A stretch of DNA of 49,600 nucleotides, from positions 1 through 49,600 of the forward strand of contig JBEVEP010000049.1 in assembly GCA_040512755.1 (NCBI GenBank), read 5' to 3'. Origin of the DNA: Mesorhizobium sp. GTDB taxonomy: Bacteria > Pseudomonadota > Alphaproteobacteria > Rhizobiales > Rhizobiaceae. Positions 11,549 through 20,156 of the stretch are shown in pieces. Position 1 is the first letter of the stretch. Each line of letters starts with the position of its first letter. The notes below the pieces were generated by a model. The model had not been told where the DNA came from, did no database searches, and saw nothing but the letters and a program-made list of their open reading frames with translations. The position numbers were made by a program, and so were the translations under genes.

Positions 11549-12304
11549 CTACAACCCCTGAGCGGCGCGCTCCAGCGTGGACGCATCTTCCCCGAAGGCG
11601 CGTGTCGCGCGGACCGCCGCTTCGAGCAACGGCCGTTTCATGCGTTCGAAGAAGGCTCCGTCGACTCGCGTGCGGGGGCCTGCGATCGTCAATGCACCGA
11701 GCAGAGCCTTGCCCGGTCCGAAAACTGGTGCAGAGATTCCGGCTGTTTCGGGATCACGCTCGCCGTCGGATACGTAGCAGCAGGTCCGGCGAATCGTCTC
11801 GTAGGGTTCGCCCTTTTCGCCTGAAAACGCCACCAGAACCCGGCCACCCGAGCCGGCAAGCAAAGGAAGGACGTCGCCCTCCCGGATCATGTAGCGGATC
11901 GGGTGCTTGGCCTCGATCCGATAGAGGCAAGTCCGCACATTCCCTGACCGCACGTAGAAAGTGACACTTTCCAGGCTCAGCTCGGACAGCTCACGCATGA
12001 CAGGCATCAATATGTCAGCATCAACCAAGCCCCTCTGGTAGAGCGCGCCGAGCCGAAAGGCCGCAGGTCCGACGCGATAGCGGCCGCCTTCCAGCCGCTC
12101 CAGGTACTGGCCACGCAGCAGCGATCCGGCGAGCCTGAGAATCGTGCTCTTGTAGAAGCCGGTCCGTGCCGCGAGTTCTGCAAGAGACAGCGTGCGGTCG
12201 GACTGTGTGAAGGCGTTCAGAATTGCAATCGCCCGGTCGACTGCAGCAACGCCATCGGCCACGGCGTTATATGCAACTTTCGCGTGCGGGATTTCAGATG
12301 ACAC
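11549..12304 (-). CDS. IclR-family transcriptional regulator
   Basis: 251 aa. Winged HTH 'LSLAELAARTGFYKSTILRLAGSL' plus an IclR effector domain. Divergent from the tct operon. Confidence 0.88.
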   Translation of the reverse strand: MSSEIPHAKVAYNAVADGVAAVDRAIAILNAFTQSDRTLSLAELAARTGFYKSTILRLAGSLLRGQYLERLEGGRYRVGPAAFRLGALYQRGLVDADILMPVMRELSELSLESVTFYVRSGNVRTCLYRIEAKHPIRYMIREGDVLPLLAGSGGRVLVAFSGEKGEPYETIRRTCCYVSDGERDPETAGISAPVFGPGKALLGALTIAGPRTRVDGAFFERMKRPLLEAAVRATRAFGEDASTLERAAQGL

Positions 12305-12336
12305 GCTCCCGATTCCCTGTAATGGTGATGAAACTC

Positions 12337-12395
12337 ATTCTGCCACATACCGAGGCGTTCTGTCCAGCAGAATGTCGTTTTGCTTGACAGAATGA
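12337..12395. promoter_or_regulatory. Putative IclR operator array: four copies of the half-site CATTCTG/CAGAATG, overlapping a TTGACA hexamer
   Basis: CATTCTG at 12337-12343. Palindrome CGTTCTG-tccag-CAGAATG at 12357-12375. CAGAATG at 12389-12395. Perfect -35-like TTGACA at 12385-12390. Located in the divergent iclR/tctC intergenic region. Confidence 0.45.
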
Positions 12396-12484
12396 GCCGC
12401 GCCCGGCATGAGTCCGGTTGTATTTGCCTGGGAACAGGCGCATGTGAAGAGACCTCGATCTGGGGTCGTAATGAGGAGGAAATA

Positions 12485-13462
12485 ATGCTGAGCAGACGCA
12501 CTTTCTTGATGAGCACCGTCGCAGCCGGCGGGGCCGCAGTCGCAGGTCTGCCGCTTGGCATGGCCGCAGCTCAGGAACCGCCACAGCTCCAGATGTTTGT
12601 GCCAGCCGCGCCCGGCGGCGGTTGGGACCAGACGGCTCGCACGATGGACCAAGTTCTGCGCAGCGAAAAGCTGATCAGCGGCGCCCAGATCACCAATGTC
12701 GGTGGCGCGGGCGGAACCGTGGGACTGCCGCAGTTCGTCAACCAGTGGAAAGGCAAGCCGAATGCGCTGATGATCGCCGGCATGGTCATGGTCGGAGCCA
12801 TCATCGCCAACAAGTCGCCGGTAAATCTGAGCCAGACCACGCCGATCGCCAGGCTGACGGGCGAGTTCGAGGCTCTGGTCGTGCCCGCAGCATCCCCCTT
12901 CCAAACCGTGGCCGACTTTGTCGCCGCACTGAAGGCAGACTCGGCCAAGGTTCCGGTGGCTGGCGGTTCAGCCGGCGGCACCGATCACATCCTCTTTGGC
13001 CTCATTGCAAAATCGGCCGGCGTTGATCCGACGACGATCTCCTACGTGCCGTTTGCCGGCGGTGGCGAGGCGCTTGCAGCGCTGCTGGGCAATCAGGTCG
13101 CGGCCGGCATTTCCGGTTATGGCGAATTCTCCGAGCAGGTGAAGGCCGGCACGCTGCGTCTGCTCGCCATATCTGCCGACAAGCGTCAGGAAGGCATAGA
13201 TGCGCCCACGCTAAAAGAGCAAGGCGTCGAGATCGAACTCTTCAACTGGCGCGGAGTGTTTGCGCCGCCGGAAGTCTCCGACGAGGACAAGGCGGCTATG
13301 GTGAAGCTGGTGGAAACCATGGCCGGCAGCGCCGCCTGGGCCGAAGAAGTGAAGAAGCGTAACTGGACGCCAATCCTTCTCACCGGAGACGAGTACGCGA
13401 AGTTCCTGGCCGAGGACGCCGCTCGGATCGAAGGCATCCTGAAAGACCTCGGACTGGCCTGA
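12485..13462 (+). CDS. tctC: Tripartite tricarboxylate transporter substrate-binding protein (Bug/TctC family)
   Basis: Start trimmed to the ATG at 12485 behind the RBS aggagga. Tat-like signal 'SRRTFLMSTVAAGGAAVAGLPLGMAAAQ', with Bug-family core. Confidence 0.85.
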   Translation: MLSRRTFLMSTVAAGGAAVAGLPLGMAAAQEPPQLQMFVPAAPGGGWDQTARTMDQVLRSEKLISGAQITNVGGAGGTVGLPQFVNQWKGKPNALMIAGMVMVGAIIANKSPVNLSQTTPIARLTGEFEALVVPAASPFQTVADFVAALKADSAKVPVAGGSAGGTDHILFGLIAKSAGVDPTTISYVPFAGGGEALAALLGNQVAAGISGYGEFSEQVKAGTLRLLAISADKRQEGIDAPTLKEQGVEIELFNWRGVFAPPEVSDEDKAAMVKLVETMAGSAAWAEEVKKRNWTPILLTGDEYAKFLAEDAARIEGILKDLGLA

Positions 13463-13473
13463 TTTGGCTCGAC

Positions 13474-13494
13474 GGAGCCCGTTCTGCGGGCTCC
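13474..13494 (+). other. Intra-operon hairpin after tctC (8-bp stem ggagcccg/cgggctcc, 5-nt loop)
   Basis: Read directly, 12 nt after the tctC stop. No T-tract follows. Likely an mRNA-stabilising or attenuating structure, as is often seen after binding-protein genes. Confidence 0.4.
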
Positions 13495-13595
13495 GGCTAC
13501 CCCATGACTGCCCGAGCAGAGGATGCCGCCTCCCGACGCGTCGGCATGGACAAGGCTCCAGCTCACCAGGAAACGCACCACGCAGGAGCTAGCAC

Positions 13596-14102
13596 GTGAG
13601 CGTCAGCGACCCGCATTCGGACCCGCACCCAGGCCTTGCCCTACCGGAAGCTCTGATCGGCATCGGACTTTTGGTCTGCGCCGGCGCAGTCGTCTGGCAG
13701 ACTGCCGTCATGCCGGTTTCGCCCATGTATTCCAAAGTCGGCCCGACCGTCTTCCCCTACATGACCGCTGCGGGGCTGGCGATCCTCGCGATCTTGCTCT
13801 TCATCCAGGCCATGCGCGGGGGCTGGCAGCCGGACGACGAGAAAGAGGTGAAAGCCGATTGGAAGTCGGTAGCCTTCGTGGCGGCAGGACTGGTCGCCAA
13901 CGTCGCGCTGATCGGACCGCTCGGGTTCACGGCCGCTTCCGCGGTTCTCTTCGTGCTGGTCGCGCACGGCTTCGGCAGCAGGCAGCCGATCCGCAATGCA
14001 GTCACCGGGCTGGTGCTGTCGCTTGCGGCCTATTTCGGTTTTGCCAAAGCCCTCGGCGTAAATATCGGCGCCGGCGTCATCGAAAGACTGCTGGGAGCCT
14101 GA
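13596..14102 (+). CDS. tctB: Tripartite tricarboxylate transporter small membrane subunit
   Basis: 168 aa, hydrophobic, about 4 TM segments. GTG start behind the RBS aggag. Sits between tctC and tctA. Confidence 0.8.
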   Translation: MSVSDPHSDPHPGLALPEALIGIGLLVCAGAVVWQTAVMPVSPMYSKVGPTVFPYMTAAGLAILAILLFIQAMRGGWQPDDEKEVKADWKSVAFVAAGLVANVALIGPLGFTAASAVLFVLVAHGFGSRQPIRNAVTGLVLSLAAYFGFAKALGVNIGAGVIERLLGA

Positions 14103-14106
14103 GCCC

Positions 14107-15630
14107 ATGGACACACTTTCCCAACTCGCCCATGGCTTTGCTGTCGCGCTGACCTGGCAGAACCTTTTGTGGTGTCTGCTCGGTACGACCCTTGGCACCG
14201 CCATCGGCGTGCTGCCCGGACTTGGGCCGGCGCTGACCATCGCACTTCTCTTGCCGATCACCTTCCAGGTCGCGCCGGAAGCATCGTTCATCCTTTTTGC
14301 CGGCATCTACTACGGCGCTATGTACGGTGGCTCGACCACTTCGATCCTGCTCAACACACCGGGTGAAAGCGCGACAATCGTAACCGCGCTCGAGGGCAAC
14401 AAGATGGCCCGGTCCGGACGCGGTGGCGCGGCGCTTGCCACATCGGCGATTGGCTCCTTCGTCGCCGGCATGATTGGTACGCTCGGCGTCGCGTTCCTCG
14501 CTCCTGTCGTGGTGAGCTTCGCGCTGGCCTTCGGTCCGGCTGAGTATTTCTCACTGATGGTGCTCGCCTTCGTCATGGTTTCGGCCGTCCTTGGGTCTTC
14601 CGCGGTGCGGGGTCTGACCAGCCTGTTCGTCGGCTTCTTCCTCGGGATGATCGGTGTCGATCTGCAAACCGGCCAGCCTCGTTTTACCTTCGGCGTCTCG
14701 GAACTGCTCGACGGCACCAGCATGATTGTGGCCGCCGTCGGTCTCTTCGCCGTCGGCGAAACGCTCTACGTGGCATCCCGGCGTTACGCGGGGCGCGACG
14801 AGATCATCCCGCTCAAAGGCTCGCTCTACATGACAGCGCAGGAGTGGGCCCGCTCATGGAAAGCCTGGCTGCGCGGCGCGGCGATCGGCTTCCCGATCGG
14901 CGCCCTGCCTGCGGGCGGCGCGGAGATCCCCACCTTCCTGTCCTACGCGCTCGAAAAGAAGCTCTCCAACCACAAGGAAGAGTTCGGGACAACTGGCGCG
15001 ATCGAGGGCGTCGCGGGGCCGGAGGCGGCAAATAACGCCTCCGCCGCCGGCGTGCTGGTGCCGATGCTGACGCTTGGACTGCCGACTTCGGCCACCGCCG
15101 CCATCATGCTCTCCGCGTTCCAGAGCTACGGCATCAATCCAGGCCCGCTGCTGCTCCAGACCCAGCCTGCGTTGGTCTGGGGACTGGTCGCCAGCCTGTT
15201 CGTTGCCAACGTGCTGCTGGTCATTCTCAATCTGCCGCTGATCGGGCTTTGGGTGCGGCTGCTGAAAATCCCTGCTCCGCAGCTCTATGCCGGCATCCTT
15301 GTCTTCGCGACGGTCGGCACTTACGGAATCTCCCAATCTCCCGTCGACCTCATCCTGCTTTACGTGCTCGGCGCGATGGGATTCCTGATGCGGCGCTTCG
15401 ACTTTCCGACCGCGCCGGTGATCATCGGCATGATCCTGGGGCCGCTGGCCGAGACCCAGTTCCGCCGGGCGATGACGATCTCCAACGGCGACTGGTCGGT
15501 GTTTTACACCCATCCATTGTCGTTGACCCTGCTGATCCTGGCGCTTCTGGCGCTGCTTGGACCGCGCGTCTACGGCATCATCGTCCACCGCCGCACGCGC
15601 GGCCCCGAACACGTGCCGGGCGATGCGTAG
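14107..15630 (+). CDS. tctA: Tripartite tricarboxylate transporter large permease subunit
   Basis: 507 aa polytopic membrane protein with the typical TctA N-terminus '[22 protein letters not shown]'. Confidence 0.88.
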   Translation: MDTLSQLAHGFAVALTWQNLLWCLLGTTLGTAIGVLPGLGPALTIALLLPITFQVAPEASFILFAGIYYGAMYGGSTTSILLNTPGESATIVTALEGNKMARSGRGGAALATSAIGSFVAGMIGTLGVAFLAPVVVSFALAFGPAEYFSLMVLAFVMVSAVLGSSAVRGLTSLFVGFFLGMIGVDLQTGQPRFTFGVSELLDGTSMIVAAVGLFAVGETLYVASRRYAGRDEIIPLKGSLYMTAQEWARSWKAWLRGAAIGFPIGALPAGGAEIPTFLSYALEKKLSNHKEEFGTTGAIEGVAGPEAANNASAAGVLVPMLTLGLPTSATAAIMLSAFQSYGINPGPLLLQTQPALVWGLVASLFVANVLLVILNLPLIGLWVRLLKIPAPQLYAGILVFATVGTYGISQSPVDLILLYVLGAMGFLMRRFDFPTAPVIIGMILGPLAETQFRRAMTISNGDWSVFYTHPLSLTLLILALLALLGPRVYGIIVHRRTRGPEHVPGDA

Positions 15631-15645
15631 ACCCGGAGAACGCGC

Positions 15646-16827
15646 ATGACCGGACTTCTGGCGGGCATTCGCGTTCTCGACCTCACCAATGTGCTGGCTG
15701 GCCCCTATTGCGCCTATCAGCTTGCGCTGCTCGGCGCAGACGTCATCAAGGTCGAGCACCCGGAGGGCGGCGACCTTGCCCGCCAGCTCGGGGCCTCGCC
15801 TGAACTGAACGCGGCTGGCATGGGGGCATCGTTTCTCGCTCAAAATGCCGGGAAGCGCTCCGTGGTCCTCGACCTCAAGAAGGATGCCGACCGAGCGCGG
15901 TTTCTCGATCTGGTGGCCACCGCCGACGCGCTGGTCGAGAACTTCCGCCCGGGTGTCATGAACCGTCTGGGGCTCGGGTACGAAGAGCTGAGGAAGGTCC
16001 GACCGGGATTGGTCTATTGCGCGATCTCAGGCTTTGGCCAGACCGGTCCGATGCGGGACAATCCGGCCTACGACCAGATCATCCAGGGCCTTTCCGGGAT
16101 CATGAGCATTACCGGAACGCCCGAGACGGCGCCTCTAAGGGTTGGCTACCCGGTCGCGGACACGCTCGGGGGGCTGTTCGGGGCCTTCGCGATAACCTCG
16201 GCGCTTGTGCGGCAGAAATCGAGTGGCGAAGGAGTGTTTCTCGACGTCTCGATGCTCGAATGCACCCTCAGCGCACTCGGATGGCCGGTTTCCAACTACC
16301 TGACGGCCGATGTCGAGCCACATCCCATGGGCAATGAGAACATGACTGCTGCGCCGTCGGGGACGTTCCGCACGGGCGACGGCCTTCTCAACATCGCCGC
16401 CAACAAGCAGGAGCAATTCGTCACGCTCTGCAGTCTCCTCGGCCGGCCTGAGCTTGCGACGGACGAGCGCTTCGCCGAACGTGAAGCCCGCAAGCGCCAC
16501 AGGGCAGAGCTCAAGCTGCAGGTCGAAGAAGCCCTCGCAGCCGCGCCGGCATCGGTTTGGGAGGAGAAGCTCAACAAGGCCGGCGTGCCTGCCGGCAGGG
16601 TTCTGACCATCCCGCAGGTGCTCGACGAACCACAGGTCCGCGAGCGTCAGATTGCAGCGGCCTTTGCGGGCGTGGCCGGGCGGGAAAAGCCGCTCACCGT
16701 CGTTCGCGGAGGGTTCCTTGTTGACGGCGAAGCACCGCTGCCAAAGTCCCCGCCTCCGGCATTGGGAGAGCACATGGACGAGGTCTTCGGCACGGTACCA
16801 GGCCATAAGAACAGGCTCCAGGCATGA
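15646..16827 (+). CDS. Family III (CaiB/BaiF) acyl-CoA transferase
   Basis: 393 aa. Hallmark N-terminus 'LAGIRVLDLTNVLAGPYCAYQLALLGADVIKVE'. Confidence 0.88.
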   Translation: MTGLLAGIRVLDLTNVLAGPYCAYQLALLGADVIKVEHPEGGDLARQLGASPELNAAGMGASFLAQNAGKRSVVLDLKKDADRARFLDLVATADALVENFRPGVMNRLGLGYEELRKVRPGLVYCAISGFGQTGPMRDNPAYDQIIQGLSGIMSITGTPETAPLRVGYPVADTLGGLFGAFAITSALVRQKSSGEGVFLDVSMLECTLSALGWPVSNYLTADVEPHPMGNENMTAAPSGTFRTGDGLLNIAANKQEQFVTLCSLLGRPELATDERFAEREARKRHRAELKLQVEEALAAAPASVWEEKLNKAGVPAGRVLTIPQVLDEPQVRERQIAAAFAGVAGREKPLTVVRGGFLVDGEAPLPKSPPPALGEHMDEVFGTVPGHKNRLQA

Positions 16828-17648
16828 GCGAGAAGGCGTCAGGCCGCGAACGTGGCGAGGAATGGTGGTCGACCGGCATCATCGAAATGCGCCCTGGCAT
16901 GATCCGGCTGCGCGGCTACGAGATCCAGGACCTTATCGGCAAGATCAGTTTTCCGGCGATGATATGGCTGATGCTACGCGGCGACCTTCCGAGCGAGCAA
17001 GAGGCAGAACTCCTTGGCATCGCACTGGCAGCCGCGGTCGACCACGGCCCGCAGGCCCCTTCCATTGCCATCGCGCGGATGGCAGCGACCTGCGGCGTGG
17101 GGATCAACAGCGCCATGGCATCCGCCATCAACGTGCTCGGTGATGTTCATGGCGGCGCGGGCGAGCAGGCGCTCATCTTCTTTGGCGAGATCGCGGCGGC
17201 GATGGATACCGGGCTGTCGATGGAGGTGGCCGTCAGCATCCGGCTTGATCGCTTCTTTTCGGAGGAAAAGGGCTATGTCCCCGGCCTCGGCCATCGCTTT
17301 CATCCGGTCGACCCACGGGCGCCGCGGCTGCTGCAGCTTGTCCGGGAGTTTGCAGGCCGCGGCGTGATAAACGGGCGTTTCGCTGCGATCGCGAAGACGG
17401 TCGAAGCACATGTGGCGGCACGCAAGGGCAAGCTGATACCGCTTAACATCGACGGCGCCACGGCGGTCATATACGGGGAACTCGGCTTCCCCCCGCCTCT
17501 GACACGCGGCTTGTTCGTGCTCTCACGATCGGTAGGCATCCTCGCTCATGCCTGGGAACAATCCCAACAGCCAGAACGCAACAAAGGTCCGCTTCCGCGC
17601 GAATGGCTCTGGGCCTATCGAGGTAAGCCGGAACGCGCGCTCGAATAA
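16824..17648 (+). CDS. Citryl-CoA lyase-like protein (short citrate-synthase-fold family)
   Basis: 274 aa. Citrate-synthase catalytic motifs 'GDVHGGA' and 'GLGHRFH'. The start overlaps the CoA-transferase stop (ATGA). Confidence 0.78.
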   Translation: MSEKASGRERGEEWWSTGIIEMRPGMIRLRGYEIQDLIGKISFPAMIWLMLRGDLPSEQEAELLGIALAAAVDHGPQAPSIAIARMAATCGVGINSAMASAINVLGDVHGGAGEQALIFFGEIAAAMDTGLSMEVAVSIRLDRFFSEEKGYVPGLGHRFHPVDPRAPRLLQLVREFAGRGVINGRFAAIAKTVEAHVAARKGKLIPLNIDGATAVIYGELGFPPPLTRGLFVLSRSVGILAHAWEQSQQPERNKGPLPREWLWAYRGKPERALE

Positions 17649-17685
17649 GACCGACTGCGCCGCTAAAAATCAAAAGATTGGAGCA

Positions 17686-17712
17686 AAGGGCCTGATTCCG
17701 ATTCAGGCCCTT
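17686..17712. terminator. Bidirectional terminator hairpin between convergent genes
   Basis: Perfect 10-bp stem aagggcctga/tcaggccctt with a 7-nt loop, between the lyase stop (17648) and the YbaK-like stop (17715). Confidence 0.55.
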
Positions 17713-17714
17713 CT

Positions 17715-18185
17715 CTAAGCCGGGTGGCTGAAGCGGGCGACCTTGGCGTCACTGGTTAAATTACGGAAGTCCCTGCCGCTCACATGGACCAGCGTCTTGT
17801 GATCGCCGCCTTCGAAATAGACGTCGCCGGCATTGCCAAGGCTTTCATCAAGGATCACCGGGACGTTGTAGGCGGCACCGATCGGCGGGATCGCCCCGAT
17901 GTCACAATCGTCGAAAAGAACGCCGACCTCATCTTCCGAGGCGAGGCCCAAACGCCTGTCCATGACGTCCTGCAACGTGCCGAGCTCCACGCGATGCGTG
18001 CTTGGAACGACGGCCAGCGCGTATCCCATCTCGTGGTGAATAACCACGGATTTGGCCAGTCTGCTGCCTGGAACGTGCGCTGCCTGCGCGGTCTGACTGC
18101 TGGTTGCTGTGCGGTGATGCGCGACGGTGTCGTAGGAGATTCCCTTGCCGTCAATGAAGTTCCGGAGTCTGTTTGCTATCGTCAT
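17715..18185 (-). CDS. YbaK/aminoacyl-tRNA-synthetase-associated (trans-editing deacylase-like) domain protein
   Basis: 156 aa. Pattern 'LAKSVVIH...YALAVVPSTHRVEL..L' and 'GAIPPIG' are typical of the YbaK/ProX fold. Confidence 0.6.
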   Translation of the reverse strand: MTIANRLRNFIDGKGISYDTVAHHRTATSSQTAQAAHVPGSRLAKSVVIHHEMGYALAVVPSTHRVELGTLQDVMDRRLGLASEDEVGVLFDDCDIGAIPPIGAAYNVPVILDESLGNAGDVYFEGGDHKTLVHVSGRDFRNLTSDAKVARFSHPA

Positions 18186-18264
18186 CGGAGGCGTCCCTTC
18201 GAACAGGAGTGGTGACGCTAAGAAACGAAGGCAATCATTCTCCCCCTGTCATTTTCGATGTCAA

Positions 18265-18290
18265 CCAGAAATGGCCGAGGATCCCGGCCA
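18265..18290 (-). terminator. Candidate terminator of the cox operon
   Basis: On the minus strand: 6-bp stem tggccg/cggcca, 7-nt loop, then tttctggtt. About 40 nt downstream of the subunit IV stop. Confidence 0.35.
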
Positions 18291-18328
18291 CCTGCTCCAG
18301 CAATGCGGCGATATCAGCGTTTCCTGCC

Positions 18329-18709
18329 CTACGGTCCCGCGCCGAAGAAAAGCATGCGCGTCAGCAACGTGTGGTCCGACTCGATGACCATCAAGGCAAC
18401 GAAGACGAGTACGAAGACCGGAGGTACGATGATCGCATAGACAAGCGCCAGCCGTTCCCACGCCATGTGCATGAAGACGGCAACGATCAGCCCGGCCTTC
18501 AGCACCATGAAGGTTAGGATCAGTATCCATCGCAGATACCCGTGGATGCCGAGATAGTCGACCATGTAGGAACAGGCGCTCAGAATGAACAGCCAGCCCC
18601 AGACCACCAGGTAAAGCTTGATGGGGTGCTGCTGCCCCTCCCCATGTGCGGCGTTCGGAAGCGCGTCATTCGCGGCGTGGAGCGTTTGATGTGCTGTTGC
18701 TTCAGCCAT
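18329..18709 (-). CDS. Small membrane subunit IV-type protein of the heme-copper oxidase
   Basis: 126 aa, 3 predicted TM helices. Located immediately after the two subunit III genes. Confidence 0.6.
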   Translation of the reverse strand: MAEATAHQTLHAANDALPNAAHGEGQQHPIKLYLVVWGWLFILSACSYMVDYLGIHGYLRWILILTFMVLKAGLIVAVFMHMAWERLALVYAIIVPPVFVLVFVALMVIESDHTLLTRMLFFGAGP

Positions 18710-18718
18710 GTCTCTGCC

Positions 18719-19441
18719 TCACCAAAGATAGAAGAATGCGAAGATGAACACCCAGACCAGGTCGACGAAGTGCCAATAGAGGCCCATGATCTCGACGCTC
18801 TCATATTGACCCCGCCGACTTGTGAAAAAGCCGCGCGCGCCGGTTTCATAATCTCCCCGCAACACTTTCCGGGCAATGATGATGAGGAAGATCACGCCGA
18901 TCGTGACATGCGTGCCATGGAAGCCGGTGATCATGAAGAAGGAAGAGCCGAACTGTGCCGCGCCCCACGGATTGCCCCACGGGCGGACGCCTTCCATGAT
19001 GAGCTTCGTCCATTCGAATGCCTGCATGCCAACGAATGTCGCGCCGAGCAAAGCGGTAAGGATCATGAGCGCGGCAGTTTTTCTGCGGTCGTGGCGGTAG
19101 CCGAAATTGACGGCCATGGCCATTGTGCCGCTGCTTGAGATCAGCACGAAGGTCATTATGGCGATGAGGATCAGCGGAACATCCTCGCCGCCGATATGGA
19201 GAGCAAAGACCTCGCTTGGGTTCGGCCATGGAACGCGGGTGGACATGCGCGCGGTCATGTAGGACAGCAGGAAGCAGCCGAAGATGAACGTGTCGGAGAG
19301 GAGGAAGATCCACATCATGGCCTTCCCCCAGGACACGTTCTTGAATGCGCGCTGGTCGGACGACCAATCGGCGACGATACCCTCGAGGCCCTCCGGCCGT
19401 GAAGTGATTGTGCCCGTGTTCGTCACTGTGGTTTCACTCAT
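18719..19441 (-). CDS. coxP: Heme-copper oxidase subunit III
   Basis: 240 aa. 'FFMITGFHGTHVTIGVIFL' and 'YWHFVDLVWVFIF' are subunit III signatures. Confidence 0.85.
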   Translation of the reverse strand: MSETTVTNTGTITSRPEGLEGIVADWSSDQRAFKNVSWGKAMMWIFLLSDTFIFGCFLLSYMTARMSTRVPWPNPSEVFALHIGGEDVPLILIAIMTFVLISSSGTMAMAVNFGYRHDRRKTAALMILTALLGATFVGMQAFEWTKLIMEGVRPWGNPWGAAQFGSSFFMITGFHGTHVTIGVIFLIIIARKVLRGDYETGARGFFTSRRGQYESVEIMGLYWHFVDLVWVFIFAFFYLW

Positions 19442-19454
19442 TCGCCCGGCCCTC

Positions 19455-20156
19455 CTAAGTCAGTAGTTGGCGGCAAATATCGATGAAGTCAGCGGCCCAG
19501 CCGGCAAACAGCACGAAGAGTCCGAGCCAAACGAAAAGAAGGAAATGCCAGTACATCGCGCACATTTCGACGCCGACCCGAACACGCGCCATCGGCGCGC
19601 CGCTCCACACCTTGATTGTCGTTCGTCCAAGACCCGCCAAGCCGCCCAGTATGTGCAGTCCGTGCAGGCCAGTGATCAGATAGAAAAAGCTGTTGGCCGG
19701 ATTGCTGGAGAGGAGAAATCCTTCATCGGCCAGAATGCGCCACGCGAAGAGTTGGCCGACCAGGAAACCTATGGCCGTCAGCCCGGCGGTGACCAGGCCG
19801 AGACGCACAGTATCCATCTGCCCCTTGCGGGCCGCGACCACCGCGCACTGAAGTGCTACGCTGCTCAACACCAGCACGCCTGTGTTGAACCAGAGCAGAT
19901 TGGGCAACGGCAATGGCCGCCAGTCCGACAGCTCCATCCGCATGAAATATGCGCTGGTGAAGAGCGCAAACAGACAACCGACGACCGCAAGGAAAACCCC
20001 AAGCCCAATCTTGGCAGTGGGGATTTCCGGCCCGACCGAACCGAAGTCGTCGATCACGCCCTGCTCGAGCCAAGGCTTCGACATGAGGCGCTGCTGCGAC
20101 AGCCACCAGATTACGATGCCCGCTATGACGACCAGAAAGACTAGTATGACGCTCAT
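19455..20156 (-). CDS. coxO: Heme-copper oxidase subunit III paralogue
   Basis: 233 aa. 'FYLITGLHGLHILGG' and 'MYWHFLLFVWLGLFV'. The start shares 1 nt with the subunit I stop. Confidence 0.82.
   Translation of the reverse strand: MSVILVFLVVIAGIVIWWLSQQRLMSKPWLEQGVIDDFGSVGPEIPTAKIGLGVFLAVVGCLFALFTSAYFMRMELSDWRPLPLPNLLWFNTGVLVLSSVALQCAVVAARKGQMDTVRLGLVTAGLTAIGFLVGQLFAWRILADEGFLLSSNPANSFFYLITGLHGLHILGGLAGLGRTTIKVWSGAPMARVRVGVEMCAMYWHFLLFVWLGLFVLFAGWAADFIDICRQLLT

Noticed and set aside
14854-15843. 329-aa minus-strand ORF antisense to tctA, and similar antisense ORFs at 20159-21250, 42485-43633, 43612-44397 and 48837-49574
   Set aside because: The same reasoning applies. Each is antisense to a gene with strong family signatures, and each has biased Arg/Asp/Gly/His composition.
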